Source: an uncultured Pseudomonadales bacterium
GTDB lineage: Bacteria; Patescibacteriota; Microgenomatia; UBA1400; PJMF01
Length of the DNA: 64,000 nucleotides
Assembly (NCBI GenBank): GCA_964455555.1
Contig: CAYVXV010000001.1
Span: 31,499-95,498 of the forward strand
Direction of reading: 5' to 3'
Shown in pieces: positions 58,391 through 64,000 of this stretch. The notes under the pieces were generated by a model. It saw only the letters and a list, made by a program, of their open reading frames with translations. It did no database searches and was not told the DNA's origin. The translations under genes were made by a program, and so were the position numbers. Every line of letters begins with the position of its first letter. Positions within the stretch are counted from its first letter, which is position 1.

Positions 58391-58418
58391 AAACAAAAAG
58401 CCTCCCTGTTCAGGGAGG
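58391..58418 (-). terminator. Attenuator terminator in the thrS leader
   Basis: CCTCCCT-GAAC-AGGGAGG followed by CTTTTTGTTT on the minus strand. Confidence 0.85.
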
Positions 58419-58446
58419 AAATCTGCAAGCCACGCAACTTCCCTCC

Positions 58447-58494
58447 CTAAACAGGGTTGGTAGTTGTAGTAATTTGCCTTAGGACTAGTTTCAT
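58447..58494 (-). CDS. thrS leader peptide MKLVLRQITTTTNPV
   Basis: ATG...ACT ACA ACT ACC...TAG gives four consecutive Thr codons. It lies between TGTTATAAT (58504-58512) and the antiterminator/terminator. Confidence 0.85.
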   Translation of the reverse strand: MKLVLRQITTTTNPV

Positions 58495-58560
58495 TGCCAA
58501 GAAATTATAACACGGGAGTTGACCCAGTAATTTTTCCCAACAGAGTTTGCTTCAGATGAA

Positions 58561-58827
58561 CTACCGCTTCTTGCCAAGTTTTGCTTGAGGTTGCGAAGTA
58601 AGAATTTGCTTACCGCTGATCGCGCTGGTTGGATGGTCTACCCAAACCATGGACCGGTGAATTTTAAGTGTCTCTGCGAGGTCTTCCAACGACTCTCTGC
58701 TATAAGGTATGCTGGCTGCTTCTTCTTTCATGAATCCTTTCTGAATTCGGCGTATACTTTTTACTTTTAAGAGCAGGCTGGACGGTTTCTGCCGGCGGCG
58801 ATAACTAACCCCTGCTTTTTGCACCAT
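58561..58827 (-). CDS. Hypothetical small basic protein
   Basis: ATG with a strong AAAGGAGGA SD, preceded by a structured leader. Confidence 0.5.
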   Translation of the reverse strand: MVQKAGVSYRRRQKPSSLLLKVKSIRRIQKGFMKEEAASIPYSRESLEDLAETLKIHRSMVWVDHPTSAISGKQILTSQPQAKLGKKR

Positions 58828-58841
58828 AATCCTCCTTTACT

Positions 58842-58867
58842 AAAAAACCTCCTGTTTAGAGGAGGTT
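58842..58867 (-). terminator. Terminator immediately upstream of ORF 58561-58827
   Basis: AACCTCCT-CTAAAC-AGGAGGTT followed by TTTT. Confidence 0.7.
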
Positions 58868-59061
58868 GTACTTGATACTGGTAGTGTGATGGCTACTCAA
58901 ATAAGCTACAACCCCGCTCGTTGCGAAGTTGAATGCACTTAATGGTGGCCACACACATGACTAACATTTGATAGAAATATAGCGCATGTGCAACTATTTT
59001 GCAATGAAGCACAGATATGTATATTCATTAAAAATCATGTAAATTTTTCGTATAGACACGA

Positions 59062-59148
59062 TTGCACTTTCCCCCAAGTATGCTATAATCTCTCTGTTGT
59101 CCAAAGACAGCGTGCAGTCAGCCCAGGCAGACAGAAGCCACGCCGAGG
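59062..59148 (+). promoter_or_regulatory. rplJ promoter and L10 leader RNA
   Basis: TTGCAC-16 nt-TATAAT with extended TG, then CCAAAGACAGCGTG...CACGCCGAGG, matching the AAGACAG...CCGAGG L10-leader pattern. Confidence 0.75.
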
Positions 59149-59297
59149 ATCAAAAAAGCGCCTTGCGAGCCTACCCTGCGTGTTCCGCGCTTTATCTTTA
59201 AGTCTTTGTACAACACAGTAAACAGCTGTGTTTTTTCTTTTCATCACAGCTTCAAACACTAAGTAAAACAAGTTTATTTATAGGCAAGGAAATCATT

Positions 59298-59813
59298 ATG
59301 CCAAGCAAAAAAAACGAGCAGCAAGTAGAGATCATTAAAGAGAAGTTGGCCGGCGCCAAATCAGCTACCATTGTTGATTATTCCGGCACCACCGTGAACG
59401 ACCAAGTTAAGCTCCGCAGTGAGCTTAAAAAAGCCGGTGGAGAGATGTTTGTGACCAAGAACACCTTAATCGACTTAGCAGTCGGAAAAGGCAAGCTCAG
59501 CGAGTCGCTGACAGGCATGAATGCCCTAATCCTCTCATATGAAGATGCAGTTGCGGCGGTTAAAGCTCTTTTTGACTTCCAAAAGGAAACTGAGAAGCTT
59601 TCAATCAAGCAGGGCTGGATGGACAGCGAGGTCCTTTCCGCCGAGCAAGTTGAGGCCTTGAGCAAACTGCCGTCCAAGACTGAGCTTATCGGCATGTTGA
59701 TGTCGCGCCTTCAAGGCCCGGCATATGGCTTAGTCAACGTCCTTCAGGGTTCACAGCGCAATTTAGTCTATGCCCTCCAGGCTATTGCTGACAAAAAAGG
59801 ATCTGAAGCCTAA
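59298..59813 (+). CDS. rplJ: 50S ribosomal protein L10
   Basis: DYSGTTV, LRSEL, VTKNTL and LSKLPSK.ELI. Confidence 0.96.
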   Translation: MPSKKNEQQVEIIKEKLAGAKSATIVDYSGTTVNDQVKLRSELKKAGGEMFVTKNTLIDLAVGKGKLSESLTGMNALILSYEDAVAAVKALFDFQKETEKLSIKQGWMDSEVLSAEQVEALSKLPSKTELIGMLMSRLQGPAYGLVNVLQGSQRNLVYALQAIADKKGSEA

Positions 59814-59876
59814 TTAATGTAGTTAAAAGTACAAAGTAGCCCCACCGGGAAGTAATAAATACAAGAAAGGAAATAT

Positions 59877-60281
59877 ATGGCAGACGAAGCAACAAAATTA
59901 TCTGGCAAAGTCCAGAAACTCGTCGACGCAGTCAAGGAACTTTCCCTTATGGAAGTTTCTGAGCTAGTCAAAGCCCTTGAAGAGGAATTCGGCGTCAGTG
60001 CCGCAGCCCCTATGATGGCCGCACCAGCAGCAGCCGCAGGCGAAGCAGCCGCAGCCGCTGAGGAAAAAGATGAGTTTGACGTCATCCTCAAAGATGCCGG
60101 CTCAAACAAAATCGGTGCTATCAAGGCTGTCCGCCAGCTCAAACCTGAGCTTGGTCTAGGTGAAGCCAAAACCTTCGTTGAGTCCACCCCCAAGACTGTT
60201 CTTGAAGGTGCCAAGAAGGAAGACGCAGAAGCCGCCAAGAAAACCCTCGAAGAGGCAGGCGCTGTTGTTGAGCTTAAATAA
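59877..60281 (+). CDS. rplL: 50S ribosomal protein L7/L12
   Basis: [26 protein letters not shown] and [11 protein letters not shown]. Confidence 0.97.
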   Translation: MADEATKLSGKVQKLVDAVKELSLMEVSELVKALEEEFGVSAAAPMMAAPAAAAGEAAAAAEEKDEFDVILKDAGSNKIGAIKAVRQLKPELGLGEAKTFVESTPKTVLEGAKKEDAEAAKKTLEEAGAVVELK

Positions 60282-60336
60282 TCCCCCGCCACTTGGCGAC
60301 AGGCTTTTTAACTCAGCAAACTATTGCTAGAACATG

Positions 60337-60363
60337 AAACCCCCCGCTTGCGGGGGGTTTTTG
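60337..60363 (+). terminator. Intrinsic terminator after rplL
   Basis: AAACCCCCCGC-TT-GCGGGGGGTTTTT. Confidence 0.85.
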
Positions 60364-60825
60364 TTGGTTTATAGCGCAAAAAACAAAAAAACAAGGCTCT
60401 AAAACAGCTCCTCATACTCCTAATTTGGGCTCTTACGGCTCATTTTTCAAACCGAAACAGTGTCATTTTGTCATACACTTGGCTATTTTAAAAAAGTTTT
60501 CCACACTATTTTTCTATAGGCTTTAACTTTATTTACTATAGGTTTTTTTTGTGGATATCTAGCTTTGACCAAGAACTTTATATTTGCTTTTTCCAGAGGA
60601 AAACCAGGAGAAAAACTGGCTCAAACAAGTGCATTTTCCCTATTGACCCACTTCATGACAGTCTGCTACGTTAAATACAACTTACAAGGTGTTTGAACTA
60701 ATTTAACTGGCTATTAGTCCGCCCTCTTTTAGCCAGTTTTTTAAAGAACCCAAGACTTTAGCCTGTAAGCCAAGTATCAGTATTAATTACTAACAATTTA
60801 TAAGTGCGGAAAGGAAAGTGCGCCC

Positions 60826-61140
60826 ATGTCTGACACAACTGCCATGACATCACCGGTAACCAACCAGTCGCTTGCTGACCAGCAGCGAGCAGCTTTAGCA
60901 GAAGACCAAAAGAGGACTGGACGGGCTGATGATGCTAACAGACTCGATATCAACAACCTTCCTGACCTGCTGACCGTCAGGGAAGTAGCTGACCTTCTCA
61001 GAGTCTCACCCCTGACCATCAAACGCTGGGGCAAACGAGGCAAGCTGCCTGCCATCAGGATCAATTCCCGAGGAGACAGGCGCTACAAGAAGGAATCCGT
61101 ACTCTGGCTGCTGGGCATTACGCCTGGGGATGACGAGTAA
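60826..61140 (+). CDS. Excisionase/BldC-like winged-HTH DNA-binding protein (HTH_17)
   Basis: LLTVREVADLLRVSPLTIKRWGKRGKLPAIRINSRGDRRY. Confidence 0.85.
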   Translation: MSDTTAMTSPVTNQSLADQQRAALAEDQKRTGRADDANRLDINNLPDLLTVREVADLLRVSPLTIKRWGKRGKLPAIRINSRGDRRYKKESVLWLLGITPGDDE

Positions 61141-61159
61141 GTTTCTTTAATTAAAACAG

Positions 61160-61188
61160 AAACCGCCCCTGAAACGGGGCGGTTTTTT
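61160..61188. terminator. Terminator between the HTH gene and the WecG-like gene
   Basis: AAACCGCCCC-TGAAAC-GGGGCGGTTTTTT. Confidence 0.82.
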
Positions 61189-61200
61189 ATTTTTATAACT

Positions 61201-62034
61201 TCAGAGTTTAAATAATTCTTTTAATGTCAGCCAGCTAAACTTGACTAATTTTAACTGCCTTCTCCACCGCCAGGGTTCCTGCAGCAAACGGTACAGCCAT
61301 TCCAACCCTAACCGCCTGACAAATGCCGGCGCCCGGTTTAGTTTGCCAAAGAGCATATCAAAAGCGCCGCCTACGGCCATAACCACTAAAACTCCTTCTT
61401 TCTCGAGAAATGGTTTATTTTGGCAGATCCAATATTCCTGGTGCGGCGCGCCAAATGCAGCAAAAACAACCGCCGGCTTCAGCTGGCTGATTAAGCTATG
61501 AACTGCTTGCTGCTCGGCTTCTGCCGGCTGAGAAACTTGGCTAAAGCCAGGGGTCCAAACTATAGCTGCGTCCTTTCCGGCGGAAATCGGCAATTTTAGC
61601 TCGAACACCTCAATTTCTAGGTTGGGAAAGAGCCGGCGGCTTGCCGGCTGCAGTTTTTCATAGCCCCGGCCGCCCAAAATTAAGACGCTGCGATCATGCT
61701 GGTTGGCAATTTTCAAAATTTCAGCAGCTAAATCAACGCCAGCGATCCTCTTTTTTAGCGGTTTTGAGCCTTTTAAAGCGAGCAAACGGGAGGCAAAAAC
61801 CAGTCCAACACCGTCGGGAGCCAAAATATCGGCAGAACCCAAACAGGAAGCAAAAGTTTGAAGCTCTGAAGCGAGCGCAATTTGTTCAGGGTTGGGGGTA
61901 AAAATGGTCAGCGGAGTCCTTTTTTCAGAGGTGGAAGCTGATATTTGTTTCTCTATAATTTTTAGCAGAGCATTGCGTTGACTGCCAAAAATGCCTAGAT
62001 TGAATATTTTAGCCGATTTATAGGTATTTTTCAT
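61201..62034 (-). CDS. WecB/TagA/CpsF family glycosyltransferase
   Basis: FTPNPE, PDGVG, RIAGVDL, FGAPHQE, VGGAFD, RAP and GLEWLYRL.QEP.R. Confidence 0.92.
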   Translation of the reverse strand: MKNTYKSAKIFNLGIFGSQRNALLKIIEKQISASTSEKRTPLTIFTPNPEQIALASELQTFASCLGSADILAPDGVGLVFASRLLALKGSKPLKKRIAGVDLAAEILKIANQHDRSVLILGGRGYEKLQPASRRLFPNLEIEVFELKLPISAGKDAAIVWTPGFSQVSQPAEAEQQAVHSLISQLKPAVVFAAFGAPHQEYWICQNKPFLEKEGVLVVMAVGGAFDMLFGKLNRAPAFVRRLGLEWLYRLLQEPWRWRRQLKLVKFSWLTLKELFKL

Positions 62035-62549
62035 GGTACCTTACCAAAAAACATTTTTTTATTAGTTTAATCAATTACCCAAAAGAAATCGTCGTTTTAT
62101 TCTGGTTTACAAGTTTCTTGCAAGTCTCACATGCTATTATGACACCTTCAAAGCTAAGTTGCCAATTTAGCTGCTCTCGCACGCCCCTCCGATTCGGTCT
62201 ATTTATGCTGAACTTAGGCTCTACCGTCCCTTGGGCAAAGAGAAGGCGAACATTGGCGCAGTTTGATGAACTGTTTTTTTCGCTTCCTGCCTCCAAATCA
62301 AAGTGAAATCTTTCACTTTTTTCAACATATTGAACACAGTTTTTTAAGGCATTTTACTCAAAATTTATCAATTCTTTATTCTTTCCGTTTCAAAATGTAC
62401 TCAGTCCCAAATTCCGCCTAATTTCTAACTATATCAGCGTGTCAAAAAGCGGCTTTTCCTGCAGTTTTGGAGCAGGAAAAATCAGCAATCTCCGGCTTAC
62501 GAAAACTGCGGTAAGATGCATATTGCGGGAGGATACATTATAATGATTT

Positions 62550-63983
62550 TTGATGCCTAATTTACGAGACCTAAGGGAACAGCACCCCCGTTTTTACTAC
62601 CGAGATTACTCCTGGGAACTCGAGCCTGAAGGTTTAAAATTATCCTTTCACTTCGAGCTGGAACCGGGCATTCATTTCCGGCCTACCATGACCATTCTAG
62701 GCGTAAGCCAGGATGTCATGGCCAGGCTTAACCCTAAAGAGATTGATCTGGCTGCATTTAACATTGGTATGGCTGAGCTTTTCAGCTACTGGAAAACTGC
62801 TGCTTCCCCGGAGATTATTATTGAAGCTGCTCCCCTCAGCAGCGAGCAGCTTGCCTGGTGGCACGACCTTTTAATCCAAGGCATGGGTGAGTATTTCTTT
62901 GTTAACCGGATTGACTTTACTGACCCCGGCTTTGTTAAATTTGTCAGCGCTTCAACAAAAGACCCGGCTGGCCAACCGCAAAACAGCCAGAGATCTACCC
63001 CAAGCCAGAATGTCCTTATACCCCTTGGAGGCGGCAAGGACTCAGTCACCACCCTAGAGCTTTATAGGGAAATAGCTGACGAGGGACGCAAACTGGCTTG
63101 TTTTTTTGTTAACCCAACCCAGGCTGCCAGGGATATAGCCAGGGAAAGCGGCGTCCAAGCAATCGAAGCCTCCAGAACACTAGACCTGAAAATGCTTGAG
63201 CTTAATAGTCAGGGCTACCTCAACGGCCACGTACCCATTTCTGCCCTATTTGCTTTTACCAGCGTCTTGGCCGCCAGGTTGTTTGGCTTTGGTTTTATAG
63301 CGATTTCCAATGAGCGCAGCTCCAATGAGGGCAATGTCTGGTTTCACGACAGGGAAATTAATCACCAATATTCCAAAACCTTCGAGTTCGAACAAAAGTT
63401 CCAACAATACATCAGGGATTACTATCCGCCTGATTCGCCTCTGTACTTTTCATACCTGCGCCCAATCTATGAATTGCAAATAGCCGGCATTTTTGCCGAC
63501 TACAAGAGCTATCACCACGACTTTCGCAGCTGTAATGCCGGCCAAAAAACCAACAGCTGGTGCGGCCAATGCCCCAAATGCCTTTTTGCCTACACAATCC
63601 TTTACCCTTTTCTCGAGACAAAACACCTTGATGGCTTATTTGGCAAAAACCTCTTCTCGGATGAAAACCTGCTGCCCCTAGCCTTAGAACTGGCAGGTGC
63701 CGGTGAACAAAAGCCGCTCGAGTGTGTCGGCACTCATGAAGAAACCATTGCCGCCTTTCATTTGTCCTGGAAAAAACATCAGGCTGACCCCTCAACCCAG
63801 CCCGTGCTTCTCAAGTTGGTGTATGAAACGGTTTTGGCCAACGAGGCTGGCCTGGATGCCAGGGCAGCTGCCATTTTATCTGCCTGGAATGACCAACATA
63901 CCATCCCGGAAAAAACCTGGGAAGAAAAGCTGAGGGAAAAAATAGCCGGACTTGACCAGAAAATTATCAATGGTGGCATTTGA
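62550..63983 (+). CDS. murL: UDP-MurNAc-L-Ala-L-Glu epimerase MurL-like
   Basis: SYWK, GGGKDS, NGHVP, SNERSS, NHQYSK, FRSCN, WCGQCPKC and KPLECVG. Confidence 0.8.
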   Translation: MMPNLRDLREQHPRFYYRDYSWELEPEGLKLSFHFELEPGIHFRPTMTILGVSQDVMARLNPKEIDLAAFNIGMAELFSYWKTAASPEIIIEAAPLSSEQLAWWHDLLIQGMGEYFFVNRIDFTDPGFVKFVSASTKDPAGQPQNSQRSTPSQNVLIPLGGGKDSVTTLELYREIADEGRKLACFFVNPTQAARDIARESGVQAIEASRTLDLKMLELNSQGYLNGHVPISALFAFTSVLAARLFGFGFIAISNERSSNEGNVWFHDREINHQYSKTFEFEQKFQQYIRDYYPPDSPLYFSYLRPIYELQIAGIFADYKSYHHDFRSCNAGQKTNSWCGQCPKCLFAYTILYPFLETKHLDGLFGKNLFSDENLLPLALELAGAGEQKPLECVGTHEETIAAFHLSWKKHQADPSTQPVLLKLVYETVLANEAGLDARAAAILSAWNDQHTIPEKTWEEKLREKIAGLDQKIINGGI

Positions 63984-64000
63984 ACTATGAAATTTGAACT

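Noticed and set aside
42812-58494. A dedicated threonine island (tdh-kbl, two tRNA-Thr, thrS)
   Set aside because: The genes are spread over 15 kb among unrelated genes, and tRNA-Thr genes normally sit near rpmG/secE, so the proximity is probably coincidental.
58270-58512. T-box riboswitch upstream of thrS
   Set aside because: No AGGGTGGNACCGCG-like T-box sequence or stem I was seen; the Thr4 uORF explains the terminator.
59095-59215. SRP RNA
   Set aside because: It lacks the SRP domain IV GGAA-tetraloop helix; position and motif fit an L10 leader.
60826-61140. Prophage or ICE excisionase marking a mobile element
   Set aside because: No integrase, att repeats or phage genes nearby.
62075-62306. 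Short ORFs in the gap between the WecG-like gene and murL
   Set aside because: TTG starts, no SD or recognisable motif; they cannot be supported.
1-64000. CRISPR array, IS elements, or UGA recoding (genetic code 25)
   Set aside because: No regularly spaced repeats or transposase motifs were seen. Conserved genes such as tmk end at TGA with normal length.

Overview
The window is 64 kb of chromosome from a small-genome bacterium, most likely Patescibacteria/CPR and probably Microgenomates-like (inferred from no rplI after rpsF-ssb-rpsR, a TGS-less ThrRS, many acidic ORFans, and TGA used as stop). It is mostly housekeeping. It holds ribosomal genes (rpsF/ssb/rpsR, rpmB, rpmG, secE-nusG-rplK-rplA, rplJ-rplL), cysS, thrS, ychF, recR, topA-dprA, def-fmt, cell-wall genes (mreB-like/mreC/mreD-like/PBP2, murF, murL, amidase), tdh-kbl, four tRNAs and a probable 6S RNA. 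I found no CRISPR array, integrase or transposase. The main oddities are four. (1) A thymidylate cluster of about 6.4 kb mixes canonical genes (thyA, DHFR, dut, tmk, deaminase) with a nucleotidyltransferase, an HxHxQ HIT protein, a split MazG-like enzyme behind tandem NrdR-like boxes, and a ThyA lacking phosphate-binding arginines. (2) Near-leaderless uORF/terminator attenuators occur, including a clear Thr4 leader peptide before thrS. (3) A lone FabH-like enzyme and an UgtP/MGDG-synthase-like glycosyltransferase occur in a lineage generally lacking lipid synthesis. (4) PurA and MreB are divergent. All calls come from reading motifs by eye; no database searches were run.
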